A stretch of DNA of 64,000 nucleotides from Moniliella sp. 'wahieum' (Eukaryota): positions 1 to 64,000 of the forward strand of contig RSEE01000140.1 in assembly GCA_003971905.1 (NCBI GenBank). Reading direction: 5' to 3'. The notes under the pieces are model-generated. The model had not been told where the DNA came from. It saw only the letters and a program-made list of their open reading frames with translations, and made no database searches. Shown one piece after another: positions 23,494-36,858 of the stretch. A program made the translations under genes and the position numbers. The stretch's first letter is position 1, and the number at the start of each line of letters is the position of its first letter.

Positions 23494-23500
23494 TATATAA
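23494..23500 (+). promoter_or_regulatory. TATA box upstream of GH128
   Basis: TATATAA in GC-rich context about 250 bp before the ATG, followed by a CT-rich leader. Confidence 0.55.
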
Positions 23501-23743
23501 TCCCCCCTGCCCCCCCCGCCCTCGCTGGGCGAACCCTCCCACCACACACCGCTCTCTCTCTCTCTCTCCCCTTCTCGCCCACCCTCCGCACGGCTCGACG
23601 CTGTCGCCGCTGAAAGCAGGTTCTTTCCAGCGCACCCCCCCTCCACGCACTCTCTCATCTCTCTCACGTTACTCACGCCCCACTTCGGCACTTGCCCGCT
23701 CCACCTCCACCTCCTTTTGCCTTTTTTTCGCCTTCTCTTCACA

Positions 23744-25085
23744 ATGCAGCTCTTCCGCCTTCTCGCTACTGCCCTCGTCGCTGGCTCGACGATGGTAGCC
23801 GCCTCCACCCCGAACCAGGCTGGCCTTGTCGCCCATCCGGCCCACCTCCACGCCCGGCGGGACCACCACCGTGCTCACGCCGGCATCGCGCGCCACGTCC
23901 GCCGCCAACGCAAGTGCAGCAAGAAGCTCCTGCCTCGAGCTCAACCGGTGCGGACTCGTCGTCCTCGGGCTCGGGTTCGGGTTCGGGCTCGGGTTCAGAC
24001 TCGGCCCAGCCCACTCCGTCTTCCGCTTCGTCCCCCGCTGCGTCCTCTGACGTACCTCGCAAGTCGGCCCAGTCGTCGCAGGCTAGCCTGTACCGTCACG
24101 GCTCCTCGTCCTCGTCTCGCTCGGCTAGCGCATCCCCACCTCGAGTGCCTCTAGCTCTGGCTCGTCCAGCTCGGGCTCGTCTAGCTCTGGCTCGTCGGGC
24201 GCCGGTCTGGATGTGCAGAAGAACGGTCTTGCGTGGCCGAACGGTCCTTGGGTCAACATTCAGCCGTACAAGAAGACGATGGGCTGGCTGTACTCGTGGG
24301 ACGCCTATCCCGCCACGGGTAACCCGAGTGCATCGGCCTTTGTACCGGAATCGATCAAGTTTTCCCCATGCTCTGGAGCAATGCTGGTTCGCGCATTTCC
24401 AACTGGCAAAAGTACGTGCTGAATGACCGTAACGCTGCGCAAAACAGTGCCAAGGTCGCCATGGGACCCAATGAGGTCAACCAGGCCGGTCAGGGCGAGA
24501 TGAGCGTCGGCGATGCGTGCAATTTGTTCCGGCAGTACATTGTGCCGTTGAAAGACCAGGAGGATGGTCCATCATTGGTGCTTCGACCAACGGTGCGCCG
24601 GACGGAATTGACTGGATGAACAACTTCAAGTCCCAGTGCAGCGATGTGTGGAACAAGGTGCGTTCGCTTTCTCCCCTGCTTGGTTCGATCTGATGGATCG
24701 GATGCCTCCAGGGATATTTTAGGGATGTTACCAGAAACTAACAGTTGATTGGATGGATCAGGTTGACGCGGACAGTCTGCACTTTTACGGTACCGACCCG
24801 CAAAAGGCCATCGCCTACTTTGAAAAGTGGCACACCCACATTTGGCAAGCCCCTGTTTATTACCGAGACGGCGTGTATGAACTACGACGGCACGGCCGCG
24901 CCCTCGCTGGGCCAGGCCTACAACTATGTCAAGGAAGTCAACAGCTGGGCCCACTCGACCAGCTACGTCAAGGGCATCGCCTTTTACGGTGTGATGGAGC
25001 AGATTAACATCAACAGTGTCAATCGTCTCTCTTCTTCCAGCGGCTCCCCCACCGACCTGTTCAACTTTTGGATCAACAATCTTGA
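23744..25085 (+). CDS. Secreted GH128 beta-1,3-glucanase-like protein (signal peptide, Ser-rich linker, one intron about 24658-24761)
   Basis: MQLFRLLATALVAG signal; GLAW, WLYSW, PMLW, GPNEVN, LHFY, GKPLFITETAC. Confidence 0.85.
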
Positions 25086-26209
25086 TCCATCTCAAGCTCG
25101 TCGAATCGTCGTGCTATGGCCGTCAGTTTTTGTTGAGTCGACGCTGGTTTCGTCCGATTCAACACGGCCATCTCTTTTCCCTACTCCCTTCCCCCCCGTC
25201 TCTCTCTCTTTCTCGGCGTTCATCTGCCCCTTGCACTTTCTCTTTGTACTACCTCTCTCTACGTTGCTTTGAATGGAGGGTATCCCGTGTGACATGTAAA
25301 GAAGCGATGCCTACGCACGATGCAGTGTTCTTTTCTCACGTCCTATTGTTGGTTGTTGGTGACATGCGTTTCACGTCGATCGATGGACACTTTGTTAGTT
25401 TGCGGGCGTAGTAAAACGCATGTAGACAAAATCTCTCCGCATCAGCGGTTGGGTGTACCTTGCCGTTTTGTTCTGCACGATCATCGATGTTCTATCTGAT
25501 ACCGTCAATGCAGGCAGGTCGATCGTGTTGGTAGGCTGCCGGTGTTACTAGTTGCTGGGGAGGGCTGCTACTGAAGCTGAGCTTGGCTTGCTTCAGCTTC
25601 ACTGCCCTATTCCAACTGTGGGTGAGTTGGGCTTGATTCCCAGCATCTGACATTCTCAGGCTTCTCGACAAGCGCCTGATCCTGAGCCTGAACCGGAGAG
25701 CCGTCGGCTGCCTGTTCCCCACGCCACTGGCCAGCGTGGGGTGACCGCACTAATGATCGGTGATGGGCTTTGGCCCCAGTTGCAAGGAAATGCGCATCAC
25801 GTGCAGCACGCGTCAGCGCATGCTGTGGCTGGGGTCATGCATGGCGCTGCACTCTGAGATCGGACGGCCGTGGGCGCGGTCCGCGCGCGGGATCAAGCGG
25901 CGGCGGGGGAGGGGGGCAGTGTGGGCGCGGTGCATGCCGTCTGTGCTGGTGTGGGGCGCGTGCGGATGGGCGGCGGGGCATGAGAGCAGTGTGGCAGCAG
26001 GCGGCCCTCGCGCGCGCGCCGCCCCGTGCGGCAGGCCGTGTCTGTGTCTGGGGATGCAATGCAGGATGCGCCGGCAGGCCGTGACGGGGGGGTGACTTGA
26101 CTAGTGAGCTAGTGTGCATCCAGTCCCTATCCCCTCCGCCTGCATCTGCCAGACATTTTCGCTGCTGCCTCGCCTGCGCCGCTGCTTGTCCACCACCTCC
26201 TTCCTCCCC

Positions 26210-26958
26210 ATGGGCAACTGGCTCACACGCAAGCTGCGCCCCAAGGCGCCTCCCGCCGACACCCCCGCCACCGCCACCAGCCACCGCCAACCCGCCACCA
26301 CCCCACAGCCCTCCGCCGCCAGCCCCGCCTCCCCCGCCGCTGCGGCCCCCTCCATCACCACCACCCCTCCCGAGCCCTCTGCCGCCGCCGCCACGCCTCA
26401 GCCCGACCCCCCGCCTCGGCACTGCCCAAGTCGCCCAGCACCTACAGCGCCTCCGCGCCCCTTTATCCCTCGTTTCCGCAACCGCAGTCGCAGTCGCAGC
26501 AGCCACCCACCGGCCACTGCCGCTTCAGCCGCAGCCACCGAGACCAAGCCCGCCTCCGCTACCGCCGACGGCTCCAAAGACAAAGTCTCGGCGGCCTCAG
26601 CCACGTCGCCACCATCTACCGCCAATGGCGGCCCGCAGTCGCCACTTTTGTCCAGCAGCAGCCACGAGGCCCCACCAGCGTCTCTTAACCAGACCCAGGT
26701 GCAGGCGCCCGAGCAGCCGCAGCCGCAAAAGCAAGACCAGAGCGATCTGTTCCAGTTTGGGTTTGGCGGGGCACCCGAGGGTCTCGCATCCAGCTTGGTC
26801 ATCCCCAAAACGGGGGCCCATGTCCGGCCCAGCACACCACCGCAGCTAGGGAGTTGCCCTCGGTCCGTCCCCTCTCGACGGACGAGTTGATGGCCCAATG
26901 GTCCAAGCAGGCCAACGCCAACGCTAACGGCACGGCGGCCCCCGTGCAGGCATCGTGA
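26210..26958 (+). CDS. Hypothetical Ala/Pro/Thr-rich protein with an N-myristoylation-like start
   Basis: MGNWLTRKLRPK followed by a GC3-rich ORF; 3' end inferred through one frameshift. Confidence 0.55.
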
Positions 26959-27382
26959 CCTTCCCCCGGTCTTGGCCCCTCTGCGGAGGAGACACATTCG
27001 ATACCCCCCCTTGCTATCTTCCTCCCCTTTGCCCCCCCCCCCCCCGCCCGATTCCCCTCTAGCTCTTGCCTCTTTCATCCCACCGCGCTGTAGTAGGGCT
27101 TACCCCCGCTTCTTCCCTCTGCCCGCCCCCGTGGTGTGTGGTACACCCCGTCCTCTCTACTGCTGCCGACAAGACGGCTGCCCGTCATCCTTCCCACCCC
27201 AGCCTCTCTCTCTTCTCTGACGTTCTGTGCCTGGCTTTGTCCTGTGTCTGCGTGTCTGTCTTGACGTTTTGTTTTGCGGGGACTACTCTCGTTGCTGCTT
27301 TGGAAAAATACACACTGCACGCCCTGTGGATGGGTGGGGTTGGGCCGCCATGTAGTTGTGGTACAAGCGAAGCAGATGGGAC

Positions 27383-27480
27383 GGGTGGGATAGACGTGAC
27401 AGGTGGGATAGACGTGACAGGTGGGACAGGTGGGACAGGTGGGACAGGTGGGACAGGTGGGACAGGTGGGACAGGTGGGA
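27383..27480. repeat. (GGTGGGACA)n minisatellite with two 18-bp variant units
   Basis: Tandem array visible directly. Confidence 0.9.
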
Positions 27481-27761
27481 CGCGACGGCAGATGCGCGGC
27501 TGGCTGCAGCTGCTGCCCGGCGCTCATTAACATTGACTAATTGGCTAATGCAGAGGTGCGATGCAGTGCCTGCGGAAATCGAAACCCAGCGGCGGAAAAG
27601 GCAACTGCGGGTATACTACGACCCCTACTCCACCTGCTACTACTATTGCTACTGCTACGCGGCTGCGCCACTGCCACCACCACCACCACCATCGCCGCCT
27701 CCCCTTCGCCTCTCTGCCACGCTGCCCTTCGCTATTTCATTCCCTGGCCACACTTCCGCTC

Positions 27762-30670
27762 ATGAGCGCGATGGCCACTGTGCCCTACTCGACCGCCAAG
27801 GGCGCCTCGTGCGTCCGCACTCCCCCTTTCGGTGCGGGCAAGGGCAAGGGCGAAGACAGGACCTGTCCCTGGGCACGTCCGAGGAGATGGAAGAGCTTCG
27901 AGCCTTTCCCGACTACCCTGCCTACCTTCTCGTTGTCTTTACTCGAAATCACGAGGCCCAGATCCCCCCATACGCGAAGCGGTGGCAGGTCTCTTGTTGC
28001 GCAACCACCTCCTCAACTCGGCCCTGCTCTATCCTCTCAGCGGGCGCACGCTGGCCGACATCCGACAGCAAGTCCTGCCCCTCCCCGCTCCCCCACCAGC
28101 TCATTCGCCGAACAGCCGGCTTGGCTCTGGTCGCATTGGTCAAATCGTATCCTTCTCAATTGAGTAGCATGATCACTGGCCTCCGTACCCACCTCCTTTC
28201 CGCCTCGCTTACGGAACTGCATGCGGCCTTGTGTGTGTTGACCGAATTGGCGCAGGACGCGCCGCAACGGTTCGGGTCGCTGTCGAAGCAGAACTGGTTG
28301 GTCTCCGCTTCGGTACTGTTTACCTTCTCCTCCACGCTGCAGGTGCGCATTCTAGCCCTGCGCACCCTGCATGCGCTTGCTCTGGTCTCTTCACCTATCC
28401 TCACTCCGGATTTGGAAAGTCTGTTGGACGCTCTGATTGTGCGGACTAAAGATCCCGATCCGAGTGTGCGCACGCTCGTCTGTCAAACATTTTGTTTCAT
28501 GGTGCGTCTGCTGCCACAAAAGCTCCTGACGCACATGGACGTCGTGATGAAGTTCATGCTCGCCTCGACCCGCGACGCCAACCCACAGATTGCGCTGGAA
28601 GCATGTCGGTTTTGGCTCGATGCGGCTGAACACCCACGTGTCGCTACGTCTCTCTGTTTTCCTGCCGCACCTCGTCCCGGTTCTTCTCGCATCCATGGTC
28701 TACGATAAAACCGACCTGCTTGTCTTGGAGCGCGAGCAGAATCGCCGCCTCCCACTCTCCATTCGTCCGCCCCTCCTCGTTGCACATCCAACCCTCGCTC
28801 GTGCGCAGCCCCAAGGAGCTTGCACCACCTACTGCTGCACCGGCCTCCGCATCCGCACAGGACTCTTCCACCTCCATTTCCACTTCCACTTCCACTTCCA
28901 CTTCCACTTCCACTTCCACTTCCACTTCCACTTCCACTTCCACTTCCACTTCCGCTTCCACTTCCGCTTCCACTTCCGCTTCCACTACCACTACCACTAC
29001 TGCCTCCGGCTCCGCTTCGGGCCCTCCCAAACCTCCCCCCGACGTGTCGGAATTTGATCCGCTCAATGACTGGAACTTGCGCAAGTGCAGTGCCGCGACG
29101 CTGGACATGTTGTCCGTTCGCTTTCCTGCCGAGCTCTTACGTCCGCTGCTGCCGCTGCTGAGGCAGAAACTGCGCTCGTCCGAGTGGGTGGAGAAAGAGC
29201 TGGGGTATTGGCGTTGGGTGCGATTGCAGACGGTGCGTACGACGAGATGCGCTCTCACTTGCCCCATTTGATTCCGTTTTTGATCCCGCTGCTGGGCTTC
29301 AAACATGCTTTGGTGCGCAGCATTGCGTGCTGGACACTGGGTCGGTACGGGCGCTGGTGTTTGGCCGACGAATCGGAGCACATCTCCACGTACTTTTCCC
29401 AGGTCCTGGAGGGCCTGCTCAAGTGCACGCTCGATCCCAGTATGCGGGTGCAAGAGGCCGGGTGCAGCGCAGTGGCCACGTTAGCCGAAGATGCAGGGAC
29501 GGAACTGGTGCCGTTTCTGCCCATGGTGCTGGAAAACCTAATGCAGGCGTACCAACAGTTCCACAACCAGAGGGACAGCATGCTGGCCGTCTACGACGCT
29601 CTGGGCGCGGTCGTGGACGCTGTGGGAGATAGTCTGTGTGAGGCCGAGTATGCCCAGCTCCTCTTGCCGCCCCTCATGACACGATGGGCGGCACTTGCGA
29701 ACGACGACCCGGGACTCCCGCCCCTGCTGGAATTCTTGTCGTCTGTGGCCATCGTGATGGAAACCAGGTTCCAGCCGTATGCGCCAGCAGTGTTCCAGCG
29801 GTGCGTGGTGCTGCTGTCCGAGTCGCTGATGCGGTACGAGGTGTGGGGGCGAGGTACGCCAGCCACCTGGCCCGAAGCAAGACTGGTGGTGGATGCGCTG
29901 GATCTGTTGTCGGGACTGATGCAGGGCCTTCAAGGGAGAGCACAACCTTTGGTCCAAGCCATGGCATCGTCCATCCTGCCGCTCTTGACGCTCTGTTTGC
30001 GAGTGAAGGAGAGCGAAGTAAGGCAATCGGCATTTGCCTTCCTAGGGGACCTAGCTATCTTTTCCTTTCCCCATCTGCGCCCTGCGCTCCCCCCTTTGCT
30101 GCCCTACTTGATTGCCCAGATCGAGGACAGTCCCAAGGGCCCGAATGTGAGCGTGTGCAACAACGCGGCTTGGGCCCTGGGGGAAATCGCACTGCAACTC
30201 GGGCCGGATCCTGGACTGCAGCAGTGGGTGCCCACCATGCGGGACCACTTGATGCCCGTGCTACTCAATCCTAAATCCAGTCGCTCCCTAGCGGAAAACG
30301 CGGCGGTGGCACTGGGCCGACTGGGCCTGGTCGCGCCCGAGGAGGTAGCCCCGTACCTCGGTACCTTTGCTCTGCCCTGTGCTCGGCCATGTGGGACGTG
30401 AAGGATACAGAAGAAAAAGATTCGGGATTCCGCGGCTTTTGCCGCTTGGTCCAGCACAACCCGACTGCGATTCAGACCCCCTTGACATTTGCCGTGTTGG
30501 CCTTGGCTATTGCCCAGTGGTCCACTCCGTCGCACGAGCTGAACCAGATGTTCGCATCGCTCTTGCTGGACTACCGGGACCAAGTGGGAGCAGACCAAGC
30601 TTGGCCCGAGCTTCTCGCCCGTCTGCCCGTTCGCGTTGTTCGTCGGCTGCAAACACGGTATGGGATTTGA
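27762..30670 (+). CDS. Transportin / importin-beta2 (Kap104-like) HEAT-repeat protein, divergent
   Basis: IALEACRFWL, DWNLRKCSAATLD, GVLALGAIADG, LVRSIACWTLGRY, VQEAGCSAVATL, VRQSAFAFLGDL, SVCNNAAWALGEI, LAENAAVALGRL, DTEEKDSGFRGFC. Confidence 0.88.
28866..29000 (+). repeat. (ACTTCC)n coding repeat (Ser-Thr) inside the transportin
   Basis: Tandem hexamers visible directly. Confidence 0.9.
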
Positions 30671-31158
30671 TCTTGGATCTCCCTACCTTTCTATCTTCGT
30701 GCCAAAGCCGGTATGCCGAGCATGATATGGAGATGGTGTGAATGATGGGGCTGGATAGTTGAGCACGTGTGAGCCCGATGGTTATAACCTAGCTAGCAAC
30801 GCAGCAGCAGCACAGCACAGCACCAGAGATGGCAGATGGCACGCAAGAGCTACGAGCAGACTTCGGCTGTTGCTGTTTTGGCGTAGTCGCGAGACCGAAT
30901 CTGCGTTGGTGCTAGAGTGGGGCCTGGATGAATGGATGATCAGTGATCGATGATCGACTCGATCAGTGGTCTTGCGGGGTAGCCGTCGTTTCAAGGTTTC
31001 ATCCCCGGGCGGAAATGGCCCTGACCCCCCGTTCCGCTCCCCGCCAATTTTTGGGCAATTTTTCGGGGCGCCGCCTTGGTCTGGACTGCGGCTGGGCGGG
31101 CGGGTGTTGGAGTAGCATAGGCTGCCCCACCACCACCACCCGGATCCCCGTGCTCGCC

Positions 31159-34100
31159 ATGGCCTCTGCCTCCGATCCTCCGCCCAAGATCCGCGGGGGC
31201 AAGATGCTGTTCGTCTCGCGTCTTCCCTACAGCGTCACCACCGACACGCTCAACGAATACTTTGGTGACATTGGCCCTCTGCGCAAAGCGTTTGTCGTGA
31301 CCGACAAGGAGTCGCACAAGTCCAAGGTGTGGCCTATGTCCAGTATGCCTTGGCTGACGATGCGGAGCGGGCCGTGGAGGAGCTTGGAAACAAGCCCATT
31401 CCTGGTATTGAGGGTGCCCCCGCCCGATTCGTATCGAGCTCGCACGTACACGCGAACCCCCCACCGACCGCAAACGTCCCGCCGACCCCCTCGAGGCAGA
31501 CAGCAAGAAAGCCAAGTTCACCTCGGTTCGCCCTGATTCGGCTGCAGCGTCCGTCCCGACACCGAAGCAGGACAAAAAAGTGGTGCCCCTTGGGGCCTGC
31601 ACCTGTCCTGACCCTGTCTCTGTCTCTGCCATCCCATCTGCCTCGCCGGCGACGACCAAGGCCGCTAGGCCCGCATCCGCATCTGCGTCTGCGTCTACCT
31701 CTGCCTCTGCCCATGTGTCTAAGGAAGATCGTGCACTTGCTCAACGTACCCTGGTTGTCACTGGCCTTGCGCGCTGCAGCCCTCAGCCCGACACGAAACA
31801 ACTGTACAAGCGGGTGCGTAAGCTGGGGGATGTGGAGGAAGTGTTCTACCCTGCCCCAGGCGCGGACGTGAATACGGCACATGTGCTGTTCCGTACGCCG
31901 AACCATGCACAACTTGCTGTGCCCAAGCTCGATGGCCATATCTACAAGTCTGCCACGCTGCGTGCCCACCTCAAAGCTCGGATCGATGCGCGGTCGCGGT
32001 TGGAGAAGACGATTACCAACCCGAGACACGCGCTCGACGCGAAGCGGCCGCTGCTCAGACCAAGGCTGCTTCCTTGTTGGACGCAATTGCGGTTCTCAAC
32101 TTGCCCCATTCGTCGTTGCGCGTCCCGGGACAAGGTCCACTCGATGGAATGGAACTGCTTTCGCATGCCTCGGGCGGAGCCTTTGCCAACGGACGGATCG
32201 AACGGCGCAATCGGCTGATTGTGCGCAATTGCCCTTTGATGTATGTCCCCGTTCTAATTCTAATTCTAGTTCTAGTTCTACTGCTACGGAGGAGAAGGGA
32301 TCGGAACTGACTCGCTTGCCCAGATCACACCGGAAGACTTGAAGGCGTACTTTTTGCCGTTTGGACCGTTGTATGAAGTGGATGTACCCCAGACGGAAAA
32401 GAAGGTGCGGGTCCACAAGCGGCCTCGGGGCGCACACGCCACGACTACCACGGAGACGGAGGAAGATGCGATGAGTGGAGTAGAGGAGGACGAGGAGCGT
32501 CATCTGCTTCGGAGGGAGCATCGTCAGAAGAGGAAGAAGAGACGGCATCTGACAATGACGACTCGGACGATGACGAGGACTCGGACTCGGATGGTGACGA
32601 TGACGATGAGGAATCCGAGGCAGACGAAGAGGAGAAGTCCAACGCTGCGTCTGATGCCGAGTCGGACACATCCTCTTCGTCCTCCAAGGCCAGCGCGGCT
32701 GCTGCGACTGCGACTGCGAAGCCTGCCGCGACAACAACCCGTGGTCGTGGGTTCGGGTTTGTGTGGTTTGTGTCGTACGCGGATGCGGAACGTGCGCTGA
32801 GTCTGAACGAGACCGATATGCGGCATGGGGAGGCGGAGCGCGTGGCACTGCAGGCGGCCAAGAACTCGGGTCTGGGTGTGGTGCGGCGCAAAGCCAAGAA
32901 GGCACGGGATGTGGTGTTGCAGCATGCCCATCCGGCCCGCACGGTGACCGTGCAGTTTGCCGTGGGGAAGGACGAGTACGAGAAGACCAAGGACCAGGCT
33001 ACGGTTACCCCCACCTCTGACGGGGAGGATGAGGCGGAAGGTGCCAAGGACGCCAAGTCTTCCCGCGAAGGAGGGGAGAAGAGCCGTCCCCCACCCCCTG
33101 AGGAGGGCACCACCCTCTTTGTCCGTAACATCCCCTTTAGTGCTACCGAGGCAGAGTTTGCTCTCTTCCGTGGGTTTGGTCCGATGCGGTATGCGCGGCT
33201 GGTGATGGGCAGTGACAAGACGCCGCGGGGCACGGGCTTTGTCTCGTTCTGGGACAAGATCATGCGGATGCCTGTCTGGCGCTGGCGAAACGCGTCAGCA
33301 AGGAAGCCGCCACGTCGGAGACCAAGGCGGAAGGCCAACACTACTCTTCTGTCTTGACTGCCGATGCGGGGTCGGCCATGGCAGCGCCGCTGACGCTGCA
33401 GGGCCGTGTTCTTGTGGTTGTCCCCGCCATGGAGCGAGGGGATGCAGCGGCGATTGCTGCTGATCGGGTGGCAGCGCGGGCCAAGACGGATAAGAGGAAC
33501 ACCCACTTGTTGCGGGAAGGGGTACCGTTTGCCCATTCCCCACTGGCGTCTGAAGTTGGGGAGAAAGATGCGGAAGTCCGCATGGCGTCGTTTGGGTTGC
33601 GCAAGCAACAACTTTCGGCCAATGCTGCGCTGTATGTTTCGCCGACGCGACTGTCGGTCCGACGGCTGCCTCTGTGGGTAGGGGATGTAGAGCTGCGTCG
33701 ACTCGCGTCGTTGGCGCTGCGTGCGTTTGACCAGGAGGTCAAGGACGGTACCCGTGCCCCGCTTCCTCCCGCCGAAGCAGAGGCCAAGGGATACGACCCG
33801 GGCCACGTACCTGTCAAGGGTGTCCACGCCCGGATCATCCGGCAAAAGGACCGGTTGGACCAGCTGTTTGCGTCGCGTGGCCTGGGCCGTTCCCAAGGGT
33901 ACGGGTTTGTGGAACTGCCATCGTTGCCCATGGCACTGAAAGTGCTGCGGTACCTCAATGCCTGGCCCGAGGCCGTGCCGACGCTGGTCAAGCTGCACCG
34001 TACCGAACTGCAGGGCACCCGGAAGCATCTTACCGCTGAGCTCAAGCATGTTTCTCCGGCCAAACGCGAGGAGACGGAACTGTTGTTGAAGCGGATCGAA

Positions 34101-34391
34101 GCACGGTTGAAGGAGCTTGACACGTCCGAGCGAGGCGGGCGGTTGCTGGTCGAGTTTGCTTTGGAAAACGCTACCATCACGCGCAAACGCCGGGAACGTA
34201 CTTTGCAGCTCAAGGCCGGCAACGCACGCAAGGCGCGCGACCCCAATTCGACCCACGTACGTGAGGCACGGGAATGGGGCAAATTTGCAGCCAAGGCGGA
34301 TGGGTACGTGAAGAATGCCAAGAAGGATCGTGGACCCGGCAGCATCATTGCGCGTAAGCGGCGTGAGAAGAAGGCGAAGCGCAAGGCGTAA
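31159..34391 (+). CDS. NOP4: Nucleolar multi-RRM protein Nop4/RBM28 (intron about 32241-32323)
   Basis: LFVSRLPY, RLIVRN, RGFGFVWF, TLFVRNIPF, RGTGFVSF, DKRNTHLLREG, SPTRLSVRRLP, GRSQGYGFVE, RLLVEFALEN. Confidence 0.9.
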
Positions 34392-34624
34392 GGTACACGT
34401 TACATATGCATCTGTTTCTCCTCGACTGGCAACGACACTTGCGTCATGGTGACACCGACGCATAGATGGTGTTTATCGATATAAGTGGGGATGGTTCTAT
34501 GTAGGGTACAAACCGGCGCTCCTGCCTCCATAGGAAAGTGCGCTTGCTAGTCAAAGTAGTCCAGTCTGCTCTCATAGTATGGAGGGGCCCGTCAGGAACG
34601 GGTCGGCCAACAGGGCTTCCAACG

Positions 34625-36577
34625 TCAAGCAGGGTCTTCTCCCAAGTCGAAGAGGGTAGTGAGGTCGAGTGGGGGTACCTCAGGTGGACTTTCCATTGCA
34701 GTGGCCTGTGCCTTAGCTTGAGCCAGCTGCTCTCGTCGCCGGCCCATGAGGTTGGTACTGTAGGCTTGCATGTACTCGTCCAGCGCGCTCGAGCCGTCGC
34801 CCGATTGCTGTTGGCGGCGCAACGCGAGGGAGAGCAATTGTTCCAGTCGTTCGCCCGACAAGGAACCTTGTTCTTCCCATGGAATCTCCTGTTCGCTTCC
34901 CCGCCGCCCGTCTTGCAGCACCTCAATCGCACTCGTCACCAATGTTGCGCCTTGAGGCCGCAGCAGGAGGTCCAACACGAGCATCAGGCCCGCATTGAAC
35001 ACAGCATGGCGAAACGTCCAGGTACGATGCAAGACCTGGCCTGCGTGACTGCACTCGACACCAAGGCGCACCACGGCTTGCGCCTCCTCCACCCCGGGAC
35101 CCAACCCGCCAACCAAAGCGTATGGCATGTGCAAACTCACTTGAACCGAACGGAGCAGGGCGGTGAGCATGGTGCCCTGCAGCCCGATGAATGGGTAGGT
35201 GGTTAACAAGCGTTTGGCTGCATCACTTTTCACTGCCAAGGGTACTTCGGGGCTGAGCAGGTCTCCACGCTCTGCCAACAGCGTAGTTAACGCCGTGTCG
35301 GCCTGGCGTAGTTGCTCGGGCGTCACTCCGGCCCGCTCCGACGCATCGTGCAGTCCCAGCTCGCAGAGTTGGCGAGCCTGTTGGGCCCATTCAGAAGTAA
35401 CGCGGCCACGCCAAAGGCGACCAGGTGCGGCGCTACCTCTGCGAGCTGGGCGTGGGAGACGCCCTGCCATGAGTGGTGAAGGTACCAGGGTAGACCATGT
35501 AGCAGCCCTGGTACGGCGCCGCGCGCCAGTCGAACCACAGTGCCATAGCCCAGATGGCAGCCGAGATGTACAGTTCGGGTTTGAGGTCTTTGACGGGACC
35601 AAGGCGGTCCATGCGTGCTTGACGGGCGGCACGGATGCATGTGTCCAGCACACCCATGCATCCGGGCGGAATCGCAACACATAGGCTGGCGGTCAAGATG
35701 GCCAAACGGCCTGGATGGAGAGTATACTGGGACAATGGTGCATCGGGCACGCTGCACGCTCGGCCTGAAGGATGCTCTCCTGAAAGCAGATACGGGCAAT
35801 GGCGGTGAGCTTGCTTGCTTCCGCATGTGTTTCCGACCGGGCTGCGATCACGCCCCAGATGAGCAGGAGGGAAGGAGCGGCGAGGTGGTAGACGGTGGCG
35901 GTGGCCGCACACAGAAACGCGAGCAACGGAAGGGTCAATCCTTGGCGTGTGGCGAGATAGACCTCGTTGGGGGCAAGCGGAGGCAACGCATACAGAGCCT
36001 TGGCACGCTCCTCCATGTCGACGGGGTCGTACCAGGGGGAAGCAACCGCGACCTGGTCCCAGTGCATCCGGAGCACGTGCAGCATCTGATCGATGGTGCT
36101 GGGAAGCAGGGCACGCGCCTCGGCGGCCAGGTGCTCCATGGGTCGGGGGTGGCGCAAACAGAGGGAGGAGCGAAGCGAGGATAGGGCTTGGAAGGGGTGT
36201 GTCTCGCGTGGTTGGAGGGTGAGAAGGGAGCGGGTAAAAGTGTCCTGGCCCGTGGGGGCGGGCACGGGAGGCGCAGGAGCGGCGCCGGTGGTGGGACAGG
36301 GACAAGGGCTGGCGGGGGCCGTGTGGCCGCGGGGGGCGCAGCAGCCGTGGTGGTGGTGGTGGCGTGGGGGCGGGGGGGTCGCCGCTGCGGATCTGGGCGA
36401 GGGGCACGCCGCCAATGGTGCACTGGCTGGGGGGGCGGCCGTGGGCGAGGCAGGAGGAGCAGACGGGCGCGCGGCGGTCGCACTTGAGCTTGGAGGTCTT
36501 GCACAGATCGCACGACAGCTGCGCGCGGCGGCGGCGCTTGCGGTGGGCTCCGAGGGCGGGGTGGGCGTGTGGGCCAT
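34625..36577 (-). CDS. Zn(II)2Cys6 fungal transcription factor
   Basis: KRRRRAQLSCDLCKTSKLKCDRRAPVCSSCLAHGRPPSQC at about 36420-36540 (frame not in the ORF track), followed by a helical middle region. Confidence 0.85.
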
Positions 36578-36858
36578 GGAGGGAGGCGGTGGTGTGGGGG
36601 GCGTCTGACGCCCACTGGGCGTGCTGCCCAATACAGCCTCGGTGTACACACCGGCGGAGTTAGCGGGCTGCCGGAGGGGCTACTAGTTACTCGGTGCTAG
36701 TTATCCTAGCTAGCCAGTTACTAGTTACTGATACCCCTCGCATGAAATGTCGCCCGCTGCTGCGGCGCGGAATCCCCGCCTCTTCCGCCCCGCCCCGCCC
36801 CGCCCACCCTCCAAGGGACGCACCCCGGCCCACACCGCCCCCGCCGCCTTCCCCCCCC

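Noticed and set aside
27383..27480. CRISPR-like array
   Set aside because: Eukaryotic context, no unique spacers and no cas genes
32445..34463. 672-aa minus-strand ORF and similar long antisense ORFs (20471-21544, 33341-34384)
   Set aside because: Shadows of GC-rich sense genes (NOP4, RPS7); no protein-like features
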